Assembly: GCA_009103225.1 (NCBI GenBank)
Contig: RHPI01001037.1
Location: forward strand, 434,001 to 498,000
Reading direction: 5' to 3'
DNA: 64,000 bases
Source: Chlorokybus atmophyticus
Lineage: Eukaryota > Plantae > Mesostigma and Chlorokybus algae
This document shows positions 1 to 12,734 of this stretch, piece by piece. Each line of letters opens with the position of its first letter. Position 1 is the stretch's first letter. The position numbers and the translations under genes are program-made. The notes beneath the pieces were generated by a model, which saw only the letters and a program-made list of their open reading frames with translations, had not been told where the DNA came from and searched no databases.

Positions 1-551
1 CAAGGCGGATTCACAGCCATGGGATAGCATGCATTGACGTGCTGTTGCATAGCAATTGTGCATCGCTATGCTTTACACACTGAGCATAGCCACAGTGCTG
101 GTAGTGGTGTTGGAGTGGACAGGCGACTGAATGCAGCAAATGCGGTGTTGTCATGCTTGTGCAGTAGCTGAAGAATTATTTCGTGACATGCTACCAACGC
201 TGATGCTCTGGTTCACTAGCCAACTGCAGCATTACCTGTAGATGGCTTGTTGATGCTTCATGTTATTTTAGGGGTACGAGATGTGAACTTGCATGTGTGC
301 TAGCAACAAGGAGCAAAACGAAGGAAACATGTGCAAGGAACAACACAACAACGTCATTGGAAGCATAGTGGCGCAGTTTTCATCAACCTACTGAAATATG
401 CGACGACGATAAGAATGCTAAGCAATGAGCGTGCATGCGTGGTATGAGTATGAAGAGCAGCAGTAGTTGAAGCACGTATTGCAGTGCAGCCGAGGACCAT
501 TGCGCTTTATGTAACTCCCAGTAAATCCCAGCCAGTATGCGCACCTCTCAC

Positions 552-797
552 CTCCCCAGGGCCATTGCTCATGATGGCCACATCCACGCCGGGGCTGTCG
601 TCCAGCAGGCTCACCACCTGGGGTGGGACGGGTCGCCGGCGTAGCCTTACATGTCGGCATTCCTGTTGTTGCCGGCGGGCACAAGGCGACCATGCAGGCG
701 GAGCCAGCCGCCCGCAAGCTACCTGCTGCGGCCACGTGCGGCACTGCCTTCCCCTCGTCAAGCACACCGCCGCCGCCGCCGCCGCCGCATGTTGCAT
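552..797 (-). CDS. First coding exon of a probably plastid-targeted protein, possibly a cyanobacterial-type lipid-A-disaccharide synthase (LpxB-related) glycosyltransferase; remaining exons not found in the window
   Basis: ATG at 797 opens an Ala/Arg-rich transit-peptide-like stretch (MQHAAAAAAAVCLTRGRQ...) ending in VDVAIMSNGPGE, followed by a GTGAGA donor at 551. From memory, xILSNGPGE begins cyanobacterial LpxB-like proteins. No following exon could be identified in 1-550. Confidence 0.35.
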
Positions 798-1697
798 GGT
801 CAAGCACTGGACCGGTGCGTTCAAACACTGGCCTGGGTTGGTCTAGGCTAGGCGGTGGTGTCCTTGCGGCTGTGGTTGAGCTGTTGTCCAGGCCGTAGAA
901 CCTTCTGGAAGGGGCGGGCAGACAAGCGCTGCCAGCTGGCCGCATGCAAAGCTCTTTGTGCCGCTGTCAGATGGTTTTGTGCATGCTGCTTGTGGCAGTA
1001 GCCGCTCTGCAACAATGCATGTCGTGAGCTGCTTCTCATCCGATCTGGCTTGGCCCGGCAACATCAACGCAGCATAGCGTGTAAGCAGCTTGCACCAGCA
1101 TTGTTAAGGTCTTGATAGGCACTGTCGGTCGCTGAAATACTTAACGGGTGAGCACCTATGTGCATGCATGCCAAGCTGAGCCGATGGTCGTATATGCTGT
1201 TGGCTTCCGCAAAGCGTACATTTGTCAACTTCATGGTGAGCTAGTGCGCTATACACAAAGCTCGAAGTCTGCACCTGCATGTATTACAACCAAGCAAGTC
1301 AGTGTGCTGAGTATCGATCAGTGCAGCACAGCCAAGGCTCAGCATTTGCTTTTCACAAGCTCTGCGCTGAAAAGCAGCAATATCGCCTAGCAGTGGAGCC
1401 TTCAAGGATGCTTGAAGGCAAGCTTGTGACTTTGAAGTGCATTGTGCACGCTTCTGCCCGTTGGGTGTTCTCGCTTACGCTACGTGTGTAGTGTGGTGCG
1501 TCTGTTATGTACATGCCGAAACCACCATCGCGCATTTGCACATGTGATTTGCAAGAAGCAAGTTTGCCCCCATTTCTGCTATGCTTATGATAGCAGGCAT
1601 GCTGGTTGTTGTGCCGCTGGCTATTGGCTCTGTGATTGTGGTTGTGATGGTATTGTGGTATGGTCCATACCGCATGGACGCTTGGCTGTGTTTGTTG

Positions 1698-1702
<5 letters not shown>

Positions 1703-1774
<72 letters not shown>

Positions 1775-1948
1775 NNNNNNNNNNNNNNNNNNNNNNNNNN
1801 NNNNNNNNNNNNNNNNNNNNNNNNNNNNNNNNNNNNNNNNNNNNNNNNNNNNNNNNNNNNNNNNNNNNNNNNNNNNNNNNNNNNNNNNNNNNNNNNNNNN
1901 NNNNNNNNNNNNNNNNNNNNNNNNNNNNNNNNNNNNNNNNNNNNNNNN

Positions 1949-1985
<37 letters not shown>
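1703..1985. repeat. (AG)n microsatellite spanning an assembly gap (N 1775-1948)
   Basis: Perfect AG dinucleotide run on both sides of the N run. Confidence 0.97.
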
Positions 1986-1991
<6 letters not shown>

Positions 1992-2274
1992 GGGGAGCAT
2001 AGCTGCGTTGCTAAATTCCTTAGAATGGTACATGCAGTGCACAACCAAGTACATGACAGCTCTTCATTTGTAATGCAAGAAGTCTAGCAACCCCCCAACA
2101 ATCTACACAACAATGTCGCTACAATAATCTCTCTACAGCATGCAAACTGCCCTACAAAACCAGATACTTTACATGTCAGCAAGCACAATCGTCACACCAC
2201 AACGATGACTACACCGCCGGCCTGCTTCGGCAGTATCATCTCAAAGTTATGCTTACAATGAGCTAACTTCGTCC

Positions 2275-5200
2275 TCAATGCCGGTACGCACTGTCATACT
2301 TGTATGCTCCTTCTTCTCTGCTGCTGCTGGCATGGTTAGGTGATGTCAACACCGCCTCAGACTTGATCCCCGCATCCCTCGCAAGGGGTGTCTCACCGGT
2401 GTGCTCATGCTCATGCTCAGGTGCGTTGTATTCAGGTGGAAGCGTTGGGTATGCGGCATGGAACACTGACATGCCGGACGCGGATGGCGCGGAGGGTGTT
2501 TCGGGCCGCGAGGCCGCCACATGCGTCTCTGGGCTCGACAACGACGGGTACATGTGGCCCCCGCCCGTCCCGAGGGCGTTGATGGCAGTTGGTGAGAACA
2601 TGAACGCCTGCGCAGGACTCACAATGGCCCCAGGTGGCGTCGCCGGCAGACTTGTGATTTCGTGCGCAGATAGCAGGGGCGGTCTGCGTGCCGTGTTGGG
2701 CTGCGAGTCCGAGTCTGAGACGGGCACTTGGCGCTCGTGCTTGTTGCGACGAGCCCACATCTTCAACGCAAGGGGCTTCTTCTTCGGCTTCCCGATGCGA
2801 GGCGTCTCGCCAGAGTGCCCGCTGAGCGCAATGTGGCCGCTGTCAGCACGACGGAAACGAGTAGCTCCCAACAGTCCCGCGCACGGCCCGCAGCACATAA
2901 AAGTAAACGCCAACAGGTACCAAGAGGCAATGAGCTGCATGACGATCGGTTGTTGTGCGTAAGAGCATGTTCGGAGAGACACAAACAACATGGAACAGAG
3001 CAGAAAGCACAACCACCACACTGACCAGATAGATTGGCTGTGCTACAGTGCAGCAGGCAGCATCCTTAAATGAAAAGTACGCATTGGCCAGAGCCGAGCA
3101 TGAGGCGAGCGATGAGGAGGCCTGGATGAGGGTGGACACTTGCGTGCCGACCTCGTGGGCCATGTCGGTAATAGGGTACGCGAGCAGCTCACGGGGCCGC
3201 ACGAGGGATGTGTTGGATGGGTTCAACCATTCATCCACCTTGCGCGGAACGAAGTCTCCGAACGCCTGCTGTGCACTGGCCCAAGCGGAAGCCAGCGGCG
3301 TGGAGGCGCCACTGGCCTTGCAGCCGCCGGCGATTTGCGCATACAATGCCGGAGGGTTGATCGTGATGGTCACATTGTTGAATGTCATTGTGCGGTCGGT
3401 GCCTTCCTTCATTAACAGGTACTTGTAGGCTAGGTTCTCGCTCGATCGGCACCCGTCAGCAGTCACAACCACTGCACAAGCATATGTGTGTTTGTGCGCG
3501 TGTGTTCCTGTCTAGCTGTATATATGATTGAGCGTGTTATACACTCACCTAGCGGGAATGACAATGCTCCCGCCAGTAAGAACATCAGCGGGGCGGCGAT
3601 TAGCACCAGCACCAGCATACACGCAGAGAGCCCCCGCACATTCAGCAAGCATGATAGGAGCCCTAGCAGAATGATTGCACCTGGTCCCGATTGAAGGTCG
3701 TTAGCACGCGGCCGATTCAACATGTAGCATAGGTCACTGTACCTGGTATCGCGAACAGCGCGGTGTACAGTCCCTTGCGTGATATGTTGGCCTTGGCCTT
3801 ATCAGAGTCAAAGACGACCGAGCCTACCTGAGAGCGCAGTGCAGACGTGAGTGACAAAGCTCAGACTGCAAACGCTGATGTTCATTTCTTGCCTTGGTTA
3901 GGCTTTGTCCGTCCACGAAGTTGATGGTGTTGTCAATGCATTGGTTGGTCAGGCAGTACGCACGCTCCCCATTGACATTATAATGCTGCCCGTTGCTTTT
4001 GTGACCTGTGCCAAGCAACAAGAGTGGTTCAACTTATGTTGATGGTGGGAACCCTCAAGACACAGACCCACATTGACAAGGATGGGTACGAAGTGTTCTT
4101 GCCTACGAGTTGCGTTGAGTTGAAGGTGGCATTGAGGAGCTTGTCTTCATTTAGAACTAGGCTGGCGAAGAAGTACACAGCCCCGCGTTCGCTGTACCTG
4201 AACCACGCATATACATCATTATGTGTTAGTTCAGAGAGCAAAACAGCCTCAGCAGGCGACAGTCTTTCATAGTCCCATCTTACCAAGAGTTCCCCACAAC
4301 ATCAAGCTTCCTCAGCACCTTCTGCACGTTGGGATCCTCTGAAACCTTGCTGTATCCTCTGTATGTGAAGTTGGCCTGCAGAAGAGATTGTTTGTTGTTG
4401 TTTAGTGCATCAATTATGGCGTAAGCAAGTGGCTCTTGTGACACTGACCATAGCCTGAGCATCGTCGATGATTGCCACCATTGCTCGCGCACCCGCCATC
4501 AGCCCTTGCGCTTGAAAGACAGGGGCGATCTGGTCCTTCTGTGTACACAAAGAACAAGAGTTAAGCAAATCAGACTTCTCCCATCTGAACTGCATGTGTA
4601 ATGCAGACTGCAGATCCCACGGACCTGCATGCGAGCCAGGAGGGCGTCCCCTTCAGGCCCCAGCAGCAGCCCCGCACGGGTGAGGTAGCTGCCAACTTTG
4701 TCGAAGAGCTCGCGCTCGGGAAGGTCATTGAGGGCGTTACCGAAGGTGATGACAGATGCTCGCAGGGAGACAAGGTTGGGAAGAGCCTGCACGAGGCGCA
4801 TATGTGATGTTGTTCACACGCTGGCGTCCCAGCAACGTTGTTATGGCAATTTTGTCAATGCGTGAATGGAACTTACGCGCACGGCACCCGTGATGGAGTC
4901 CCAAGAGTTTATGAGGGGTGTCAGGTCAGGCACGTCCCGGATGGCTTGGTACAGCAGAAAGAGCTGACAACAGGAAAGGTAAGATTATGACACGTTCAAG
5001 CAGCAGCAGCAGCAGCAAGATAGCACTTATGCATCCATCCACCTCTATGCGGTAGGTGCCAAGGTGGGTGGTGTTGCGAGCGGCAGCATCCAGTGCATTT
5101 GCATCGGCAATCTTGGCAGTCCCGTTGACGCCCGCAAGCGCCGTGCCCACCGCGTCCATGCTCGTCAGCTGTGCTGGGTTGAGAGCTGCCCGCGCTGTGT

Positions 5201-8200
5201 CAAACAACGTCAATGCGGACCTGCGGAAGCAGTGGAGTTGTTGATCGTCCAGCTTTTGAGATCACCATTTACCACTCTCAGCAGTCCTCTTACGTTGCTG
5301 CAGTCATGTCCGGTGCTGGCAAGTCCCCGTTCCACCCGTTGACTTGCGCTCGGGCAGGCTGCAACGCCGCGAGCAGATCATCCCTGACACCTGTTGAATG
5401 TGTGTGTGCACACAGCCGCATGGTTGGTCAAATGTCCCTTGGCTATCAAATCTAGCACCCAACCAGTTGCCACATACCGTCCATGGCGCGGACGTTGGCA
5501 ACTTCCTGGGCAGTGGGCGAACGCGTGACCAGTGTGAAATTGACGGCTGTAAGGACGTTCACCAGCGCCAATGCGTTAAACTTGGTGGTTGCAGTGTTGA
5601 CAGCCGTGACAGACGACAGCAGGATCGACAGGTCCACCGCACTCGTAAGCTGTTGCGCGGGTGGAGAGATGTGCATCAGTACATTGAGTGTGCGTGTAAG
5701 CCCTCTGACTGATGGTTGACATGGTCACTTTTGCAAGCGTACATTGGAGATGGCGGTGGCGGTGAGGGTGAGGTTGCCCCTGAAGGGTGCCAGGTCCGGC
5801 ATGTCCGCGAAGGCACGGTTGAACGTGCTCACTGTGTTCGCTAGCACGGACAGGTTGGGCAACGACGTGAATGTTGAGTTCACACTCGCCAGTGCTGCGT
5901 ACACGTCATCCACCGACTACCAGGCAAGTGGACGTCAGTAACCTGCTGCTACCGTCACTCCATGTCCAGGGCTTTGCAAACAGTGTATGTTTCACTACTT
6001 ACTGAGGGAAGGTTAAACAAAGTGTGGTTGATGTTGTCAAGGGCGTCAAAGGCGCGAGCGATACAAGGGAGGGTCACCTGCTGGAGCTGTATCACTGCCG
6101 CCATGTGGCTCAGCAGCGGCCTACGCAGTCAAAAATTATTCTGTTCGACACTGCGAAGCAAATTACTATGATTGGTTGATGCTTACACTGTTACGCTACA
6201 CGCACCCTGAATCAATGCTGGTCTCCGCCTCATCGAGGGTGTCCATCAGCTTGCTAGTAGTTGTCTGATTGAACGCCAGCGTTGTGGCTCTGGTACGCGT
6301 GATTTGGGCAATCTGAACCGCAAAACATGTGTCATCGTGCATTGAACCCAACATCGTACACATCCATGCAGTCCGTTCCTCTCACCGTCACGTTCAGGTT
6401 GGGCATGCCGCTGATGGCGTCCTGCATGATGCGGGCTTGAGCGAGGACATCCTGCACGTCCGGGAGGGCGGAGGCGATGGCGTCCTTGAGGGACTGCAAG
6501 TCGTCGGCGACGGGTGCGGCCGCGGCCATGCTGTTGAGGGATGCGATGAGCGTGTCGCATGACCGAACAACAGTCGACCGGAACGCTGCCCCGTTGGTAC
6601 AGGAGCTGCAGCCCTGCGTGGACAGAGAAGCGAGGTTGCCGCGAAGACCGCTATTCCCGTCCACACCAACAAGAACCTGGGGAGGACAAGGAATTCGGCT
6701 TCTGGGTTGCTTCAGGTAGAGATGGGCATGCATCAACGCTGATCACAGTGAGTGAAGCAGTGCAATACTTGCACACCATGTGTGGCCATGAACTGGTACA
6801 TCAGTGGTAAACTAGCTGTAAGTTGTCTGCTTTTGTGAGCGCGTGGTTTGTGTGCTGACGTCTAAGCTGCTTGATGCGAGCAATATCGGCTAAAGTGCTT
6901 GCATGAGCACGTGCATGAGGGTACGCACCGCCTTGGTTGGGATGGTGGCGATGAGCTGTTGGTAGTCTGGCTTGGCGACCGCAATGGATCGCTGGACGCT
7001 GCCCGTCGCAGTGTCGTACTGCTGCAAGGGGTTGTTGAATGCGGGCGTGCGCTGCGAGACATTGCCGCTAGCGATCTCAAGGAGATTGATATTGCCATCC
7101 AGTGGCGGGATGTCCGTCTTCAGCTGCAAGACCTGCGCGCGCGTGCTCACCAAGGAGGCCCGTGTTGGATCGGCGGCTGAGGAAGGAGGTGAGTCAGGAG
7201 GTGATTTGAAGTCCGTGGATTGATCTGTGCGACGGAAGGGTGTTGTTCTTGGCTAACATGTACCTGGCAGTTTGGCGATTGCGGGAATGACCTGATCGAT
7301 GAAGCTCACAATGACGCTGGTGTTGGGTATAGAGCCTCCAAAGGCGAGGTCCTCCGCACATGCGAGGGCCTCTTTCAGCGTGTCCAACCTGACCACAGAG
7401 TTGTTGTCACGCCACGCACAAACAAGTTGCTGACATGCCTTTCTATGGCAAACCACTCACCCGAGGTTGTCGTTGAGGATGGTCTGGAGGGTCTTCCCGT
7501 ATCTCGAAGCGGTGTCGGCGACGTCGGTCAGGAAGACGCCGAGCGGGAGCGCTGTGCTCTTCACCAGGTCCATCGCGGGGGCGGGACCATCATGCGCAGC
7601 ACTCTTTGCCGCCGGCGCTATTGCCACATTGCCCCCAATCAACCCCATCATAATGAACGCACTGAGGTTGGAACAATTCGGCAGCATCAGTCAGAATGAC
7701 AAGCAACAAGGATTGCACAAAGAAACACATGTGCTGACGCACACACGTGCAAGCGCGCACGTGCATGCACGCAGGTACTTACAAGCATATGGCAACAAAG
7801 ACTCCCATCACCCCGCGCGCAATCCACTTCTCCTTGCGGGTGTACACCCTCTCGGTCCGCCCTTGCCACGCGCCGTCCTCCCCATACTCCCCTTTGCTCT
7901 TATTCCGTCTACTGCAGCAGCCGCATTGCACGAATGCCAGGATGATGGTCGCCAAGGCCACGATAATTGACAGGATTGCAAAGGCTACACCCATAACAAC
8001 GTACATCACCAATGCCTGGATAGGTGAGTAACAAGTGTTGGCATGTTATGTGTCATTGAGCTGAGCACTTTACAATCTTTTTCTGTGCGCCTTGCCTGAG
8101 CGTATTGGTTGGGGTCCGTCTTGCCTGAGGCTTTTTTCACTTCAACACCTCCCGGCCAGAACTGCATGCGTATAGGTTGAGTGTGACGTGCATGCGTGAC

Positions 8201-9034
8201 GCGAGTTGCATGTGCGGGGTGGTTTCTCACCTCTATTTTGCCACTCGGGCAAGTGCCATTGCCAGTGTGGCCATCCGCAACTGTGTTTTGGCAAGCAAAT
8301 ATGTCGTAGGAGGCCAGGTTGGTGGACACGCCCTTGACCCTGAAATTCACGCGCGGGATCGTCGCCATCACCTGTGTGCACATAGGTGGTTGCATACAGC
8401 ACCCACAGGAACAGGCACATACAGCGACACACAGTTGCACACCAAACAACTGCCACACAACAGCAGCTACCATCAATTCGACAACTGAAGTACCGATCTG
8501 CAAGACGCTGACAACTGCAAGCTGACATTCGGTGATGGGTGATGAATGTGTGTCTGATAGCTCTGCCACGCGAACAAACACGCATCCGGTCAGATAGTGA
8601 TTCGTGCATGCAACTTAAGTGGCACAACTGGCAACGTCACATTTGGCTGTCGCACTATAATTGCCTCGCACATATCCTGTACATGACTTGCAAGTGGTCA
8701 ACACTGGTTGGGGATCGTGTAGACATTGTGTGCGTTTCAGCCGCTATATCACATTGTTGGACTATCATCACAGACATTCATTCAGGTTGCATCTCTTCTG
8801 AGTGTTGATACTGAGCCAACGGTGGCAATGCACAATCTTGACTTTCACATACAGCAGCATCACATAAGCGCAACATACATTGATCTGGTTGGTGTTTTTC
8901 CTGCACGCTTTGCATGTGAGCTCGTCCTTGCCGCATCCAGCGTATACACCCGCAGGAGCCATAGTCACGAGCAACAACAGGGCCAAAGACGTGGCCAGCG
9001 CCGCCGCCACTGGCGCCGGCCGCCCCAGACCCAT
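2275..9034 (-). CDS. Large multi-exon secreted-pathway membrane protein with 5-TM prominin/Tweety-like topology (exon boundaries only partly resolved)
   Basis: Signal peptide MGLGRPAPVAAALATSLALLLLVTMAPAGVYAG (ATG 9034). TM1 VMYVVMGVAFAILSIIVALATIILAFVQ followed by CGCCSRR; TM2 WIARGVMGVFVAIC...FIMMGLIGGN; long helical exons rich in N-X-S/T sites; TM3/4 IILLGLLSCLL...LVLVLIAAPLMFLLAGALSFPL; loop ending CSALANAYFSFKDAACC; TM5 IVMQLIASWYLLAFTFMCCGPCAGLLG; disordered tail to TGA at 2275. Coding gene is well supported; the family call is inference. Confidence 0.6.
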
Positions 9035-9429
9035 GTGTGACCCCGTCCTCACACCCATCGCTACAAACAACAACCCGACTGCCTGGCCTGGCAGCCGAGT
9101 TTAACGGCAATCCGGCAGATGCACGCCTTTACAACTTGAACTACAAGTTGATGTGCTCAACATCCGCCTGCTGCCGACCTCCTGGCCTGGCGAGACAACT
9201 CCCGGCGGCACCAACGGTGCTATGCCGGTGTTCCCAGATATTCTCAAAGGCTAGAACTCAACATATGCTAGTCTACTTGCTCTCAACGATGCTGATTGCC
9301 TCCTCGTCCTCGGTCCTGCTCCCACAGCTCTTCCTTGTCGTCCGCCGCCGCCTCCTTGTCCAGCTTGGGCTGAGAGGCGACGACGACGCTGTGTCTCGCA
9401 GCGCCAACGCGTCACGTGCCGGTCAGTGA

Positions 9430-9655
9430 CCGTCACGTTCGCGACGGTTGATTGCTGCGGGGTGGCCGTCATGCGTAATGCACTGGTGGTGCGCGTTACG
9501 CCGCTAAAAGTGCGCCTCCAATGCAACCATGCAACGTTTCGTGCGTAACGTACCAAGACTTCATGTTGGCAACGCTGCCAATTTGCCAGGATGAACTCTT
9601 GTGACAGAGTCATCATGCCAACATAAACTTCGTGGGGCAACTCCTGAAAGTCCAA
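9430..9655 (-). pseudogene. Short ORF remnant with an F-box-like N-terminus
   Basis: MDFQELPHEVYVGMMTLSQEF resembles the F-box start (xLPxEV/I); starts at TTG, has no introns, and runs into the GC-rich promoter of the neighbouring gene. Confidence 0.25.
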
Positions 9656-10048
9656 GGCTGTTGTCGGATCTACGTATTGTAATTGTATAAGGGGTTATCC
9701 TAATTATCATAACATGAACTATGTAAGTTATCATTAACATATATTGAATTCAATTGCAAATGAGGCGGAAACAAACTATGTTGTGTTGGCTATTCACAGT
9801 ATCATGCATGTGTCATAACTTGCATAATTAGCAACAGTCGAACATTATGCGTGAAAATTATGATAACCTCCAATGATCAATAAATAAAATCTATCAAACC
9901 GTAATAGTATACAGCATTTTAATGTGCTTTTTGTATGTTCATTATACACATTATATCATCAATATGACATTGCCACGAGCGATTGGCGTATTTGAGTAGT
10001 CCAAAATGTGCGTATCATATTCAATGTTAACGTCGCTTGCATCATTTG

Positions 10049-10576
10049 TGTAATGGGAGCAATAATAATATGGGTATTATTGCTACCTGAATAACACATT
10101 CTGTATGAATAAGTATCTAAATATGCTTATTTATACCTCTTTTCTACGGTTCCTCGCTTATTAAAGGCTATGATGCTTTATCATAGCTTCAATAAGTCCC
10201 AATGGGTGTAGAACCGCTTATTCAAGCCTATTTGGTGTCACATTTGATATAATGTGGTCACTATCTCGTTAGGTACCTTACGATAGGTATCTTTCGATAA
10301 GTCCCTTATCGATAGGTACCTTATCTGAGCTGTGATTGGCTCACGCTAGATTTCCTAACTACCCTATCTGTAGGGTCGATATCTAGTTGTGAGTGAATTA
10401 TCGCCAGGTATATATTTGATATACTCTTGTTGTAAAAGGTCACATCAAACTGATGAGACGGACTTTTCAGTTTTCTGCTCCGTGGCGGCCACGCCGTTGC
10501 AAGGCTTGTCATAGGCGGTGTGGGTGTTGGGGTAGAGGATTGAAGGGGCATCACCGGCGACGGTAGTGTCGTTACA
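10049..10576 (+). repeat. E1 5' LTR (528 bp)
   Basis: Direct repeat of 16614-17164; starts TGTAATGGGAGC, ends GTCGTTACA, immediately followed by the PBS. Confidence 0.96.
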
Positions 10577-10577
10577 T

Positions 10578-10589
10578 TGGTATCGGAGC
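10578..10589 (+). promoter_or_regulatory. Primer-binding site, initiator tRNA-Met type (TGGTATCGGAGC)
   Basis: One base after the LTR end; differs by one base from the canonical plant TGGTATCAGAGC. Confidence 0.9.
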
Positions 10590-11528
10590 TGGGGGGTGAC
10601 GTGGGTACTTATAGGGGGCGGCGATCTGGTTTTGGCCAATCAGAAGGCGTCGGCGGCGGCCTCCTATTCGTCCACGCAGCTCAAGCTTCAAACTCGCTTC
10701 CCTGCGCTACCTCCACGCTAAAGCCACCCATCAAAGAGGCGGCCTCTCCACGTGTGAGGTACCATCACACACGTCGGTGACTTGCCTGCTTGCCTGCTTG
10801 TCAGCTGCTTGCCAGATGCTTGCCAGGTGCTTGCCAGGTGCACGTGTGTACTTTCATGCACATCACACAGTGGCTTGCCGGTGCACTATTATTGCTTACA
10901 GTGATTGCCTGTGTCATTTCATGCGATGATTGCGGCTTGCTAGTGTGCCATCACTGCTTGTCACACTTAGTGCACTATCATTGCTTGCAGTGATTGCCTG
11001 TCATTGCATGCGGTGATTGCGTGTCATTGTGCTTGCCAGTGCATGTCACAGTTGGTCACTGTACAGCTTGCCTGTCGCATGCCTGTGGCTTGCCTATTGC
11101 ATGCCTGTGACGTACTTGTGACCTGCCAGCTACTTTTCCGGGTCACTTCACCCGAGTTCGCAAGTTCCGACCCAAAACTGTTCCCAAACCCTCCCCGTTT
11201 GGCTTCGGCCTGAAGATTGGGACTTGGTTAGGACAGTTGTGGGGAAGTTCTAGGACATTTTGTTCCCAAACACTGTTTGTCTGAAACCCTCCCCCTCTGG
11301 CTTCGGCCTGGAGATTAGGACTTGGTTGAGGACAACACAGGGTTATGACATTCTGGTCCCACTAAGACTTGTTCTGTTTGGTGACACTCCAAATCCAACC
11401 TTCCTTATTTTAGGACTGGTTTGGACTCTGTTTGGGATTTTTACAACTCTGGGTCATTTTAATTCTCTCGTTGAACCTGGTCCATTGGTGAAGTTCTCAC
11501 CATTCCATTTTGCCTGTTTTGCAGACAA

Positions 11529-12720
11529 ATGGAAGAGAACTCGGTGCCCACCTCTAAGGGGGAAAGCTCGCAAAAAGAGCAATTATCCCGTGAGGAGGAG
11601 TTTCCATTCATGGAGCATATTTCCAACCCGGATGATGCACCTGATGAGTTTCATGCTGCTAAGGAGGTGGATGGCTTGGTGGAACCAAACGGGCCAACAC
11701 CACCACCATCATTCGTGCATCCTGAAATCTCAATTCGCTTGACAAAACAGGAGTTGATGGACCACTTTCTTCCCACTTATGATGAGGAGTCTCGCGAGGC
11801 GATTGTCTCGCTCGTCAACTTCCTGTTTCATGTGGCGCAAAAGATCTCAAAGCTCACCACCCCTATGGGTCGAGATTGGGAGGAATTGATGGGTGAAGGA
11901 AAACGTGTTCTGAACATGATCGAGCGCCTTCAACGCTCTGATAGTGGTCCACCTGTTCAGGCGCTTGCTTGACCTGCCGAGTTTGTTCCCAACAAACAAG
12001 CGGCAATTTTCGACTGGCTCGTGAAGCTGAGACACTATGTCAACTCCCTTCACATTTTTAGGGAGGGGAAGATGCGTGTAGCTGAGTTGCTGATCCGAAA
12101 CGATGCTTTGGCAGAGTGGTACCGCCGTAAGCAAAGGGATACGAACCACTACGAGAAGTGAATCAGTTGTGCTCTTTGCATGGAGCAGCGCTATGGTGGC
12201 GCAGATCCTGTCCAGGTTGCTCGCAACCAGCTGCACAACCTGCGTCAGAACGGGCGTTCGGTTCAGCAGTATATCCAGGAGGTTTCAGTCGCTTGTCCGC
12301 AAGATTATTGCTGGCAAACTACCTATCAGTGATGCTGATCAGCTGGATATGTTCAGGCGTGGCTTGGACACAGAACTTGTGCAGCATGTGGCCGTCAACC
12401 CCGCGAGTTTGCAAGAATGGGCCTCGACGGATTTACTATTGCAAATGCAAATGGTTGCTGATGTGGACAGTGTGAAGCGCTCTCACGCAAACATGCAAAC
12501 CACAGCAAAAGAGGCAGCCCCGGTTTCAGCTGCAAAGCGGCCGGCCACTAACAACAAACCTTTTGTGAAAAAGGCGAAAACATCTCAGCCTGCTGGCCCT
12601 TACAACGCGGCCAAATCCATCATCACTTACAGTTTCTGCAAGAAGACAGGTTATGGGGAGGCCAAGAGCTATGCAAAGCAGAATGCACAGAAGGCCAAGC
12701 AGCAGAGGGACAAGAAATAG
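11529..12720 (+). pseudogene. E1 gag (interrupted)
   Basis: ORFs 11529-11972 and 12103-12720; AQILSRLLAT, LDMFRRGLDTEL and degenerate knuckle SFCKKTGYGEAKS. Confidence 0.8.
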
Positions 12721-12734
12721 GAATTGTCCGTGGT

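Noticed and set aside
1353-2087. ORFs with ERERER / LSLSLS tracts
   Set aside because: Translation artefacts of the (AG)n microsatellite and N gap.
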